Shown one piece after another: positions 47,914 through 57,283 of a DNA stretch of 64,000 nucleotides. Source of the stretch: Candidatus Omnitrophota bacterium (GTDB lineage: Bacteria; Omnitrophota; Gorgyraeia; JAFGHF01); the NCBI GenBank assembly GCA_043805735.1, contig JAZDHS010000024.1:2792-66791 (forward strand), written 5' to 3'. A program made the position numbers and the translations under genes. The notes under the pieces were generated by a model. The model was not told the DNA's origin. It ran no database searches and worked only from the letters and a program-made list of their open reading frames with translations. Position 1 is the stretch's first letter. The number at the start of each line of letters is the position of its first letter.

Positions 47914-49542
47914 ATGTTTAGCGATCCTGTAACTGGAGATAAGTTTTTCGGCCGCAGCGAAACCCTGGAACTGCTGACCAAAAGGGCCAACGGATTAAAA
48001 GACGGCTATCGGCAAAATATCGCCATTCTCGGGCCCCAGCTGATGGGTAAATCCTCGCTGATTCTGCAGTTTTTATCCCGTCTTTCACACCCGGCGCTGA
48101 TTCCGATTTACATTGAGGTCAGAAAAAATTCATTCAGTAATTTCGTCTATAAGTTCTTGGGCGCGGTGCTCTATCACTATCTCAAAGCCAAGAATCTCCC
48201 CGTTCATGAAGATCTTGAACTTTTAAAAAAGGAGGCGGAAAAAAACCTGCCTAAAACAGTCGAGTTTATCCGCGGTATCGAACAGCAATATAAAAGCGGA
48301 AACCTCGAGCGCGCCTTCGAAGAAGTAATCGGCCTGACCGCGGTATTTAAGCAGGAAAGCAATATCTCCTGCATGCTTATTTTGGACGGATTCCACTTCC
48401 TCGACACTTTTAGAATTAAAAATACCTACTCCAAGCTGGCCCGGGAAATTATGACCCAGAAGGACACGATGTATATCTTCATCAGCTCGCAGCTGAGTTA
48501 CGCTAAAAGGATTCTGGCCAACGAACTTTCACTTTTATTCGGCAATTTCGAGGTGATTAATTTAGAACCGTTTGATTATTCTACCTGCTGTAAATTTTTA
48601 GAGCAGCGTTTTGAGACTATCTTTTTGCCTGCGGCGTACAGAGATTTTCTGATTACGTTTAGCAAAGGCCATCCGTTCTACCTCGACATCATGAGCGCTA
48701 AGCTCAAAGAGAAGGCCAAAGAGCTCAATTACAGCGAAGTCAATTATCGGCTGATCAGCCAGGCAATGCACGAAGTCATTTACGATTCCAAGGGCATCCT
48801 CAATCAGTATTTTACCACTATGCTCACGCATAATCTCAATGGCGCCGATTACGCTAACTATCTGCCGATTTTACTTTCGGCCAGCGAAAAAGGATGCCGC
48901 CCCCAAGAGATTGCCCGGCTCACCTTACGTCAACCCAAGGTAATCGCCAAACAGATGAACTCGCTGGTGGAGAAAGACCTGCTCAATAAAATCGGGGTAT
49001 TTTACCGGATCCAGGATAAGATTTTCCGTTTCTGGCTCAAATCCGTATACCAAAGAAAGCGCCTCTCGCTTACCGCTGATCCTCAGACCGAATCCGACGA
49101 TTTTTGCATCGAAATAGAGCAGGAGATTCTCGCCTTTTCCGAACATGCCCATATGCAGTTAGTGCAGCGGATTGAAAATTTATTTAAATCATTTAAGAAT
49201 GAGATTGTCACGCTGCAAAATAAACGCTTTAAATTCTGGCATTTTGAAGAAGTGCGCACCTGGGACATCTTGCGCTTCACACACTGCCTAATTGCTCGTT
49301 ACAAGGATGGCTACTGGGTCGCGATGGTTAAGCAGGGCGACATCAGCGAAGCCGATATTCAGGAGTTTCACCGCGCGATACGGGTGAGCACCTATCCGAT
49401 CAGAAAGACGATTATCATTGCCTGTAAAAAAATGGAGCTTAATGTTCGCCTGATGGCGCTAGAAAAGAAATTTTGGATTTGGGATCTTGCTGATCTCAAC
49501 ACAATTTTGGATTTATACGGAAAACAACAGGTGATGGGTTAA
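47914..49542 (+). CDS. Archaeal-type P-loop ATPase with winged-helix and nuclease-like C-terminus, degenerate motifs
   Basis: FFGR, Walker A GPQLMGKSS, Walker B LILDG, GHPFYL, wHTH-like segment, FRFWL. Confidence 0.8.
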   Translation: MFSDPVTGDKFFGRSETLELLTKRANGLKDGYRQNIAILGPQLMGKSSLILQFLSRLSHPALIPIYIEVRKNSFSNFVYKFLGAVLYHYLKAKNLPVHEDLELLKKEAEKNLPKTVEFIRGIEQQYKSGNLERAFEEVIGLTAVFKQESNISCMLILDGFHFLDTFRIKNTYSKLAREIMTQKDTMYIFISSQLSYAKRILANELSLLFGNFEVINLEPFDYSTCCKFLEQRFETIFLPAAYRDFLITFSKGHPFYLDIMSAKLKEKAKELNYSEVNYRLISQAMHEVIYDSKGILNQYFTTMLTHNLNGADYANYLPILLSASEKGCRPQEIARLTLRQPKVIAKQMNSLVEKDLLNKIGVFYRIQDKIFRFWLKSVYQRKRLSLTADPQTESDDFCIEIEQEILAFSEHAHMQLVQRIENLFKSFKNEIVTLQNKRFKFWHFEEVRTWDILRFTHCLIARYKDGYWVAMVKQGDISEADIQEFHRAIRVSTYPIRKTIIIACKKMELNVRLMALEKKFWIWDLADLNTILDLYGKQQVMG

Positions 49543-49546
49543 ATCG

Positions 49547-50032
49547 ATGAGGATTATTGTCGTCTCCGACACACATAGCATGCAGGGTGAAGATTTACCC
49601 AAAGAGTTCCTGCGCGCCTGCGCCGGCGCGGACCTGGTTTTACACGCCGGAGATATTACGAGCGATGCTATTCTTGATACGATCAAGAAAATCAATCCGG
49701 CGCTTGTGGCCGTTTGCGGGAACATGGATCCGCTGTCGTTAAAAAAGGGACTTGCGGAAAAAGAAATTATCGAAGTGCCTCCTTTTCGCATCGGGTTAAC
49801 TCACGGCAGTGGCGCGCCTTTTAATTTAATCGATTACGTAAAGGAAAAATTTATCAAGGATAAGGTCGATTGCATTGTCTTTGGGCATTCCCATACACCG
49901 TATAACGAATACCATCAAGGAATTCTCCTTTTTAATCCGGGGAGCCTGTTGGATAAATTTTTTTCGCCCTATAATTCCTATGGGGTCTTAGAAGTAGATA
50001 AAAAAATTACCAGTACGATCGTCAAAATATAA
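49547..50032 (+). CDS. YfcE/MJ0936-family metallophosphoesterase
   Basis: SDTH, HAGD, GNMD, THG, FGHSH, NPGS. Confidence 0.95.
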   Translation: MRIIVVSDTHSMQGEDLPKEFLRACAGADLVLHAGDITSDAILDTIKKINPALVAVCGNMDPLSLKKGLAEKEIIEVPPFRIGLTHGSGAPFNLIDYVKEKFIKDKVDCIVFGHSHTPYNEYHQGILLFNPGSLLDKFFSPYNSYGVLEVDKKITSTIVKI

Positions 50033-50041
50033 GGATCAGAC

Positions 50042-51202
50042 TTGCTCAAGAGAAAAGCACTTGAACAATTAGAAAATAAGTTTCTTGCCAACTATGCGAT
50101 GAAAAGCCGCGATTCTCAAGGGCGAATCCATCCTGAACCGGAACATCCCTACCGCATGGTTTTTCAACGTGACCGCGACCGGATTATCCATTCTACGGCC
50201 TTTCGAAGATTGGAATACAAAACCCAGGTGTTTGTGAACTACGCGGGAGATTATTACCGCACCCGCTTAACCCATACCCTCGAAGTCGCCCAAATCGCCA
50301 AAACGATCGCCCGGGCCCTGCGGCTCAATGAAGACCTTGTAGAGGCGATCGCGCTGGCCCACGACTTGGGGCATACGCCCTTTGGCCACGCCGGTGAAGA
50401 GATACTGCACGAACTAATGAAAGAACACGGCGGGTTTGAACATAATTTGCAGGGTTTAAGGGTAGTTGATTCCCTCGAAGAACGTTACCCCGATTTTAAA
50501 GGCCTGAATTTATGCTGGGAAGTCCGCGAAGGCATCCTCAAACACGTAACTACTTATGACCACCCTAGTGAGCTGATCGAATTTACACGCTATAAGTTTC
50601 CTACCCTGGAGGCCCAGGTTGTCGATGTTGCTGATGAAATCGCTTATGATAATCATGATTTGGACGACGGCATTACCTCCGATTTTATCAATACCAAAGA
50701 TTTGAATAAAGTCGACCTCTGGTCGCAGGCAAAAGAAAAAATTGCTCAAACGCATCCGCGACTGAATGAGGAAATTAAAAAATTCCAGATCATTAAGTTC
50801 CTGATTAATTTACAGGCTCAGGACGTAATCATCTACTCGGAAAAACGACTAAGAAAATCCCACGTGCGTTCTGTGGACGAGGTTCGCCGGGCCCCCGAGC
50901 GCCTGATCAGCTTTAGCCCAGGCGTAGCCAAAAAATGCGCCCAGCTGCGCCAATTCCTCAACCAGCACCTCTATCAGCATTATCAGGTTGTGCGGATGTC
51001 AAATAAGGCCAAAAGATTTATCGAAGAGCTTTTTAAATGTTACGTCGCCAGCCCTAAACAATTACCTCCCACCAGCCTAGCGCGTTCAAAAGATGAAGAC
51101 GTATACAGGGTAGTCTGCGACTACATTGCGGGAATGACCGACCGTTATGCCCAAAATGAGTACCGCCGGCTCTTTCAGCCTTACGAAGAAAAATTAGGGT
51201 AG
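50042..51202 (+). CDS. dgt: Deoxyguanosinetriphosphate triphosphohydrolase (short Dgt type)
   Basis: FQRDRDRIIHS, KTQVF, RTRLTH, HDLGHTPFGHAGE, DYIAGMTD. Confidence 0.96.
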   Translation: MLKRKALEQLENKFLANYAMKSRDSQGRIHPEPEHPYRMVFQRDRDRIIHSTAFRRLEYKTQVFVNYAGDYYRTRLTHTLEVAQIAKTIARALRLNEDLVEAIALAHDLGHTPFGHAGEEILHELMKEHGGFEHNLQGLRVVDSLEERYPDFKGLNLCWEVREGILKHVTTYDHPSELIEFTRYKFPTLEAQVVDVADEIAYDNHDLDDGITSDFINTKDLNKVDLWSQAKEKIAQTHPRLNEEIKKFQIIKFLINLQAQDVIIYSEKRLRKSHVRSVDEVRRAPERLISFSPGVAKKCAQLRQFLNQHLYQHYQVVRMSNKAKRFIEELFKCYVASPKQLPPTSLARSKDEDVYRVVCDYIAGMTDRYAQNEYRRLFQPYEEKLG

Positions 51203-51332
51203 CCCAGAGGGGCAGACCCAGCATTCCTTTAAGCTGGGGTCTAACCCTAAAGTATAGGCCTTCGTAATTCCATATTAACGAAGGGCCTAACCCAGTAGGG
51301 TAGACCCCGGCATTCCTGTAAGCTGGGGTCTA
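51203..51332. repeat. Cluster of three hairpins: two AGACCC repeat copies flanking a third palindrome (BIME-like)
   Basis: Copies at 51214-51242 and 51302-51331; middle taggcc-ttcgt...acgaa-g-ggccta. Confidence 0.88.
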
Positions 51333-51348
51333 AATTCACTCGTCAACA

Positions 51349-51378
51349 TTGACATTATAGAGACTATTGCGGTATAAT
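51349..51378 (+). promoter_or_regulatory. Sigma70-type promoter, near-leaderless
   Basis: TTGACA-18nt-TATAAT, 8 nt before ATG 51387. Confidence 0.7.
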
Positions 51379-51386
51379 TATAAGCT

Positions 51387-52952
51387 ATGAAAGACAATAG
51401 CGGGTATCAGCAGCAACTTTTTGAGAAACTATCCAAAAGCTACGATCTGAAAAAAGAAAGTGAAATCTTAGGCGGCTTATTTAAAGATTCTTTTCTTTGG
51501 ATAGTGGATAGCGCCTCGGCGCTGGAAGCTGACGCGCAAGGCAAAAAAAACCAGATCAAGCACGTTATCGAACTCTGCGCCCCAGAATCGGACGCTTTGT
51601 GTACCCACCACTGCACCTTGTCGAAAAGTGCGGTGCGCAGTAAATGCCTGGGTTGCATTAGCGGGGCACTCCAGCGGGCAAAAAAAACGCATAGCATTGA
51701 AAAGTTCAGCTGCGATAACCACTTGTACGGGTTATGCTTTCCGCTCTCTCAAGGTGACGCGCTTTACGGCTTTCTCATTTTATGCAGTTTAAAACAGGAA
51801 CCTACCCCTGAATCCCTGCGTTTATTCGAGGCCCTCAATAGCACGATTCTGGAAAAAATCCAAAAAGAACTTGAACTTTCTAAACTATACGAAACTATTC
51901 GGCCAAGAGCCATTGCGCTTTCCACGGTGCACACTATCCACCGGCTGATTAGTTCAAGCCTTGATCTCGACGAGCTGCTTCCGCGCATTGCCCGGCTTTC
52001 TTTACAGGTCTTGCGTTCTAAGCGCTGCCTGATCAGCCTGGTAGACAAAAAAAGCAAGCAATTGGTCTCCAAGGCCTTTATCGATGTCTCCAAAAAGAAG
52101 GCCTGCGTTTCGGCCTTCCAGAAAACCTTAGAAAAAAAGGTCCTGCACAGCGGCCGAATCGTACTCAACAAGGCCTACTTAAGCGTTCCATTCGTCGATG
52201 AAGAACCGCTGGGCGTTATTTCTGTATTCGATAAAATGTCCGGCCGTCCATTTGATAATTTTGACCTGGAAATTCTTAACGCCCTGGCCGAACAAGCCAC
52301 CGGCGCCATTAAGAACGCGCAAATGTATCGTGAACAGGAGCATCTGCTCTCGGGCACGGTCAAATTTATTTCCACGCTTTTAAAGCTTAAATCCGGAGCG
52401 CCATATACGCACTCCAAGCATATTGTTGAAATTATTATGCATATCGCCAAAGAGCTAAGCCTCTCCAGCGAAGAATTGCGCAATTTGCGCTATGCGGCGA
52501 TGCTCCACGATGCGGAAAAAATCGGGATTCCCGAAGAAATCCTCAAGAAACCGACGCCGCTGACAATAAAAGAGTACAAAATTGTCAAAGAGCACCCTAG
52601 AAAAAGCGCGCGTATCTTAAGCCCGATGGAACGCTTAAGGCCAGCGGTAGGAATTATTATGCACCACCATGAAAAATTTGACGGGACGGGCTATCCCGAT
52701 AAATTAAAAGGGGAGCAAATCCCCATCGGTGCGCGCATTATGGCGGTTGCCGACAGCCTGGAGGCAATGATTTCCCTTAGGCCTTATCGCCAGTCGACCA
52801 CTATTGCCGAGGCAATTAAGGAACTTAAAAGTAAAAGCGGTACACAGTTTGACCCGCGAGTAATTAAGGCTTTTTTAAAACTAATTAAGCGAAAAACATT
52901 TAAAAGGCTGCTTAAAGGTATCCAAAATGACCGGTCTAAAAAAAGTCTGTGA
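51387..52952 (+). CDS. PocR-like/GAF/HD-GYP signalling protein
   Basis: Cys-rich N-terminal sensor, GAF-like middle region, HS, HDAEK, HHHEKFDGTGYP, FDP. Confidence 0.9.
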   Translation: MKDNSGYQQQLFEKLSKSYDLKKESEILGGLFKDSFLWIVDSASALEADAQGKKNQIKHVIELCAPESDALCTHHCTLSKSAVRSKCLGCISGALQRAKKTHSIEKFSCDNHLYGLCFPLSQGDALYGFLILCSLKQEPTPESLRLFEALNSTILEKIQKELELSKLYETIRPRAIALSTVHTIHRLISSSLDLDELLPRIARLSLQVLRSKRCLISLVDKKSKQLVSKAFIDVSKKKACVSAFQKTLEKKVLHSGRIVLNKAYLSVPFVDEEPLGVISVFDKMSGRPFDNFDLEILNALAEQATGAIKNAQMYREQEHLLSGTVKFISTLLKLKSGAPYTHSKHIVEIIMHIAKELSLSSEELRNLRYAAMLHDAEKIGIPEEILKKPTPLTIKEYKIVKEHPRKSARILSPMERLRPAVGIIMHHHEKFDGTGYPDKLKGEQIPIGARIMAVADSLEAMISLRPYRQSTTIAEAIKELKSKSGTQFDPRVIKAFLKLIKRKTFKRLLKGIQNDRSKKSL

Positions 52953-53193
52953 AATACCCTTAAATCGAAAGGTGATCTCTTTTTTCCATGAGAATCCTTC
53001 GACGGTGGATACGTCCCGGGCAATCGCCGCATGGCTCAACTGTGAGCGTAAAGAGGTAAAAAAAGCGCTAGACTATTTAGTCACTCAAGGAATTTTACTG
53101 CCACACCGGATCGGCGCCTCTACTGCCTATGCTTATACCCAAGATAAAAAAATTATTTTCAAAATAGAAAAAATTTTAAACATTCAAACTTAA
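52927..53193 (+). CDS. Small winged-helix-like protein
   Basis: FFHENP...AIAAWL...VKKALDYLVTQGIL plus a beta-wing. Confidence 0.7.
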   Translation: MTGLKKVCEIPLNRKVISFFHENPSTVDTSRAIAAWLNCERKEVKKALDYLVTQGILLPHRIGASTAYAYTQDKKIIFKIEKILNIQT

Positions 53194-53202
53194 GGAGGGG
53201 AC

Positions 53203-53850
53203 ATGTTCGAATCGGAACATAAAGACAAACAGGTGGAATTCTTCAACGATTATACCTGCATGTCTAAAAAACCGCGTACCTCGAAGCTGGCTTTAGGAAA
53301 AATTGCGCTTTCTTTATCCTACGAAAACGTGATCATTGTTTCTATCGGCCTGATTATGATTTTAATCGTCTGTTATTCTTTGGGGGTAGAAAAAGGCAAA
53401 TACCTGGCGAAACTTTCCACTGATGTCGATGTAATCGCAATTAAAGCTGAGCCCACGCCTAGCTTGGAAAGCGCAAAAACTGAAAACCTGATTAAAGAAG
53501 TTCCGCTTAAATCCCCGATTAAAGAAACTACTAAGCCCAAAGATGAACCACTACCCACAAAAACGGCAGAAGAAAAGAAGGCCCCTGCGCCACAGGAGAA
53601 AAAAGTAAAGATCAAAATTGCCAATAAACAGCTTTATACTATACAGGTGGCAACATTCCGTCAAAGCACTTCCGTACAAAAAGAAACCGACCGCTTGAAG
53701 AAAATCGGCTACAGCTCGTTTCCCATTTCCAGTAATAAACTTACTGCGCTTTGTATCGGAAATTATAAAAGTAAGGGCGAGGCTTCAAAAGACCTCGTAA
53801 AACTTAAAAAGCTCTATAGTGACTGTTACGTGCGTTTAGTAAAAAAATAA
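53203..53850 (+). CDS. SPOR domain protein (TM, linker, SPOR)
   Basis: One TM helix, K/P/E-rich linker, YTIQVATF...GNYKSKGEA. Confidence 0.88.
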   Translation: MFESEHKDKQVEFFNDYTCMSKKPRTSKLALGKIALSLSYENVIIVSIGLIMILIVCYSLGVEKGKYLAKLSTDVDVIAIKAEPTPSLESAKTENLIKEVPLKSPIKETTKPKDEPLPTKTAEEKKAPAPQEKKVKIKIANKQLYTIQVATFRQSTSVQKETDRLKKIGYSSFPISSNKLTALCIGNYKSKGEASKDLVKLKKLYSDCYVRLVKK

Positions 53851-53886
53851 AGGTAATTTCCGCTTTTCGAAAGGAGAAATAATAGA

Positions 53887-54177
53887 ATGTCGTTGCATCC
53901 CTCGTTAGTTCCTAAAGGTAAAGGAAAAAGAAGACACAGCGTAATGAAACGCTACGAACGAATAAAAGAAATGCTGGAAAAAGAGAAGTGGAAGCCCGGG
54001 GATTCGGTCTATGGGCTAGCCAAGCTCAAGGTAATGCGCTGGAAGGCTAAAAAAGTGAAAAAGGCCGCGGAGGCGGCCGGCGCGGAAGGCACTGCCCCCG
54101 AGGCCGGTGCAGCCGCAAAACCAGCCGCAGGAAAACCAGCCGCCGCTACTGAGAAGAAAGAAGCTGTAAAAAAATGA
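53887..54177 (+). CDS. PVC-superphylum small basic signature protein with Ala/Lys/Pro tail
   Basis: MSLHPSL...SVMKRYERI...W...SVYGLAKLK pattern; SD aaggag. Confidence 0.85.
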   Translation: MSLHPSLVPKGKGKRRHSVMKRYERIKEMLEKEKWKPGDSVYGLAKLKVMRWKAKKVKKAAEAAGAEGTAPEAGAAAKPAAGKPAAATEKKEAVKK

Positions 54178-55022
54178 GGAACATTACTGTTTTATTTTGT
54201 TTATGTATAAGTATCACCACAGGGGCGTTTTGTTTTGCTCAAGAAACAGCTCCGGCAGTATTTGAAGCGGTGTACGCCACTATTCAAGGAGAAAAGGTCA
54301 ACGTGCGTGCCGGCCAAGGCGTCAACTTTGAGTCACTGGGCCAACTAGAAAAAAGTATGCCGGTAGTGGTCTTGGGTGAGGAGTACGGTTGGTATAAAGT
54401 AAAATTGCCGAAAAACTGCCTGGCCTATGTCCATAAAGACTATGTCAAAGATAATGTTGTTACTGCCGGCGCATTACGTATACGCGCCCGACCCGGGTTA
54501 AAATCGAGCGTACTGGGTACGCTGCAAAAAGGAGACAAAATCGTAGTGCGTAAGCAAGAGGGCGAGTGGCTACTCATCGTACCTGAGGAAGAAACAGCGG
54601 GCTGGATTCAAAAAGATTATCTTAAGCTATCGTCGAAAAAATATCTGCCCGCGGTTAGCCTGGCCACGGCAGTGGTCCAAGAAACGCCGCCGCAAGAGCC
54701 ACTGACGCTAAAGGCCGAGAAACCTACGCCTGCGCAAATAACCGAACAGCCGCCTCTGCCGGAACCAAAATCAACCCAAACGGCTAAGCTTGCAAAAGAT
54801 GAATACACGGGAATCATTCAAGATGTAGGTAAGTTTCACAAACGGCCAGCCGCCCACAAGTTAGTCCAAGACAACGGCACAACTTACTACCTTAAAAGCG
54901 ACAGCGTAAACCTTAATCAATATATCTACCGTAATGTTTCTGTGGTCGGCGAAATACAAGAGCTACCCGGTCTTGCTTATCCACTGATTAGCGCAACGCA
55001 GGTTAAGGCCTTGGCACAATGA
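54174..55022 (+). CDS. Secreted tandem bacterial SH3 domain protein
   Basis: Signal peptide; VNVRAG...WYKV and LRIRARP...W...GWI. Confidence 0.88.
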   Translation: MRNITVLFCLCISITTGAFCFAQETAPAVFEAVYATIQGEKVNVRAGQGVNFESLGQLEKSMPVVVLGEEYGWYKVKLPKNCLAYVHKDYVKDNVVTAGALRIRARPGLKSSVLGTLQKGDKIVVRKQEGEWLLIVPEEETAGWIQKDYLKLSSKKYLPAVSLATAVVQETPPQEPLTLKAEKPTPAQITEQPPLPEPKSTQTAKLAKDEYTGIIQDVGKFHKRPAAHKLVQDNGTTYYLKSDSVNLNQYIYRNVSVVGEIQELPGLAYPLISATQVKALAQ

Positions 55023-55630
55023 CCCTTTTTTTCATCGCCCTTTTTCTGCTGGCGGTTATTATTCATGAAGTTGCCCACGGATGGATGGCCAATAAGCTGG
55101 GAGATCCGACCGCAAAATTCGCTGGCCGTCTCACGCTTAACCCAATCGCCCACATCGACCCGATGGGAACGATACTTTTTCCTTTATTGCTTTCTTTAAG
55201 CGGATCGCCAATAGTTTTCGGCTGGGCCAAGCCAGTGCCGATCAATTTCGCTCTCCTGCGCAATGGCAAAAAGGGCCTCCTTTTAGTCAGCGCCGCGGGC
55301 ATCGGCGCAAATGCGGTCTTGGCGGTTTTGTTTGCGCTGCTACTAAGGATGGGGCTTTTTCCGTATAATAGCTATGGTTGGGTATTTTTGAATTACGGCA
55401 TCATGGTAAACCTGGTGCTCGCGGTCTTCAATGCCATTCCCATACCGCCTTTGGATGGCTCAAAGATTGTCTTGAGCATTTTACCAAAAGAGCTTGCCAA
55501 TACTTACCTGAAAATTGAACCTTACGGCTTTGTGATATTGCTCGGCCTGGCGTGGCTGGGATTATTAGGCCGAGTCATTTGGCCGGTAGTTACTTTTGCC
55601 TCCCGTTTATTAGGAGCAGGCATCTTATGA
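55019..55630 (+). CDS. Site-2 protease family (M50)
   Basis: HEVAH, GRLTLNP, FGWAKPVP, NAIPIPPLDGS. Confidence 0.95.
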   Translation: MTLFFIALFLLAVIIHEVAHGWMANKLGDPTAKFAGRLTLNPIAHIDPMGTILFPLLLSLSGSPIVFGWAKPVPINFALLRNGKKGLLLVSAAGIGANAVLAVLFALLLRMGLFPYNSYGWVFLNYGIMVNLVLAVFNAIPIPPLDGSKIVLSILPKELANTYLKIEPYGFVILLGLAWLGLLGRVIWPVVTFASRLLGAGIL

Positions 55631-55681
55631 ACCCCGCCCTTCCTAAGAGGGTGGGGAATAGATTGAAAGGAAGGGCGGGGT
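55631..55681. promoter_or_regulatory. Perfect 14-bp inverted repeat covering the aroB SD and start
   Basis: accccgcccttcct / aggaagggcggggt. Confidence 0.75.
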
Positions 55682-56777
55682 GAAACGAATTCGCGTAAAG
55701 CTTGGTCAACGCAGCTATGATATCATTATCGGCCACGGAACGCTCAACCGGCTCACCCGGCTGCTCGGCGCTTTCTCTTTAAGTAAAGTTGCCCTGGTCA
55801 TCACCAACCCCACCATTTATCGTCTTTACGGCGAAAAGTTAAAAACACTGTTGGCGCATGCCGGCTATGAAGTGTATTGCGAAGAAGTGCCGGATAGCGA
55901 AGAAAGTAAATCTTTCGCGGTCTGCACACGCCTGGTGGCCAGATGCGCAGAATTAGACGGGGGAAGGGGCATTTTTATTATTGCTTTAGGTGGGGGGGTA
56001 ATCGGCGACCTTGCCGGCTTCTGCGCGTCAATTTATCACCGGGGTATCCCGTATGTACAAATTCCGACAACGCTATTGGCCCAGGTAGACTCAAGTATTG
56101 GCGGTAAAGTGGCCCTGGACCTCGCTTGCGGAAAAAATTTAGTCGGCTCTTTCTACCAGCCGCTTTTAGTCTTGAGTGATATCGACTTTTTGGCGAGCTT
56201 AGAAGAAAAACAAATCCGTAACGCGCTCGCTGAGATTATTAAATACGGCGTTATTGCCGATCGGCAATTATTCTGTTTCCTGGAACGCTCTGTTGACGAT
56301 ATTCTTAAACGCGACCGAAAAAAGCTGCAGCATATCGTCGAGGTATGCAGCCGGATAAAGACGCGCGTAGTGGAACGGGACGAATACGACAATAAGGGCA
56401 AGCGCATGACTCTCAACTTCGGCCATACTATCGGCCATGCGCTTGAAGCCGCATATGACTATTCGGCACAACTGCCCCATGGTTTCGCCATCGCCATCGG
56501 GATGCTCGTTGCCGGTGATATCGCTTTACGCCTGGGCCTAGTTGGCGAAAGTACGCTCCGGCGTATCGAAACCTTAATCCGCAAAGCCGGTCTTCCTACT
56601 CAGATGAGCGGGGTAACGATCGAAAAGATTATTGCCGCCCAGGCTCACGATAAGAAGTTTAACTTAGGCAAAAACCGTTTTGTCCTTCCGGTACGTATCG
56701 GTAAAGTAATCATAAAAGAGGGCGTTGCGCAAAAAGTTATCGTCAACGCCCTGCACGCCAGAATGCAACGTGTCTAA
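55680..56777 (+). CDS. aroB: 3-dehydroquinate synthase
   Basis: GGGVIGDLAGF, PTTLLAQVDSSIGGK, LNFGHTIGHA, DKK. Confidence 0.98.
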   Translation: MKRIRVKLGQRSYDIIIGHGTLNRLTRLLGAFSLSKVALVITNPTIYRLYGEKLKTLLAHAGYEVYCEEVPDSEESKSFAVCTRLVARCAELDGGRGIFIIALGGGVIGDLAGFCASIYHRGIPYVQIPTTLLAQVDSSIGGKVALDLACGKNLVGSFYQPLLVLSDIDFLASLEEKQIRNALAEIIKYGVIADRQLFCFLERSVDDILKRDRKKLQHIVEVCSRIKTRVVERDEYDNKGKRMTLNFGHTIGHALEAAYDYSAQLPHGFAIAIGMLVAGDIALRLGLVGESTLRRIETLIRKAGLPTQMSGVTIEKIIAAQAHDKKFNLGKNRFVLPVRIGKVIIKEGVAQKVIVNALHARMQRV

Positions 56778-56788
56778 AACCTATCCGG

Positions 56789-57283
56789 TTACTTAATCTT
56801 TAAATTAAATTCCGCATCCTTATAAGAAAGCTTAACGAAATTAGGCTGGATTTCCAAAAGCCGGGCTCCATCAACCAGGTTGCCTTCACCAACAATGCGG
56901 CTGTTGATAATTGCCAGCGGCCGTTTCTGGTCATAAACAATGCCGCTGAGCTGAAAATTAGCCGAATCGACTGTCGGAAACTCAAAATCAATCTTTCTTA
57001 AATTCAGTACGTTTTGCGCCAGTGGCACCCGGTGAAGAGCCTGTTGCTGTGCCGGCGCCCTTGTCGGCTCAAGAGGAATAGACCCTGGGCCAGGGGACAA
57101 GAAAAGATAAAGCGATAACCCGTAGACAATCACGGTGCCGCTCCATAAAAACCAGCGGCGCGTGGAATGACTGCGAGCAGTGCGCGACATGACGTTGATA
57201 TCGTTAAGTACACGCATCTTCGTATCACCGTAACCGGCTTGTTGTTTTTCTGCTTTCTTCAAGGCATCGTTAATAATACTCAT
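56789..57283 (-). CDS. GspB/ExeB-like membrane protein
   Basis: MSIINDALKKAE N-terminus, one TM, LSGIVY...AIIN...EG C-terminal domain; coupled to exeA. Confidence 0.8.
   Translation of the reverse strand: MSIINDALKKAEKQQAGYGDTKMRVLNDINVMSRTARSHSTRRWFLWSGTVIVYGLSLYLFLSPGPGSIPLEPTRAPAQQQALHRVPLAQNVLNLRKIDFEFPTVDSANFQLSGIVYDQKRPLAIINSRIVGEGNLVDGARLLEIQPNFVKLSYKDAEFNLKIK

Noticed and set aside
51214-51331. Two roughly 30-nt palindromic repeats resembling a mini-CRISPR
   Set aside because: Only two non-identical copies, a 59-nt spacer that is itself a hairpin, dispersed copies elsewhere and no cas genes.
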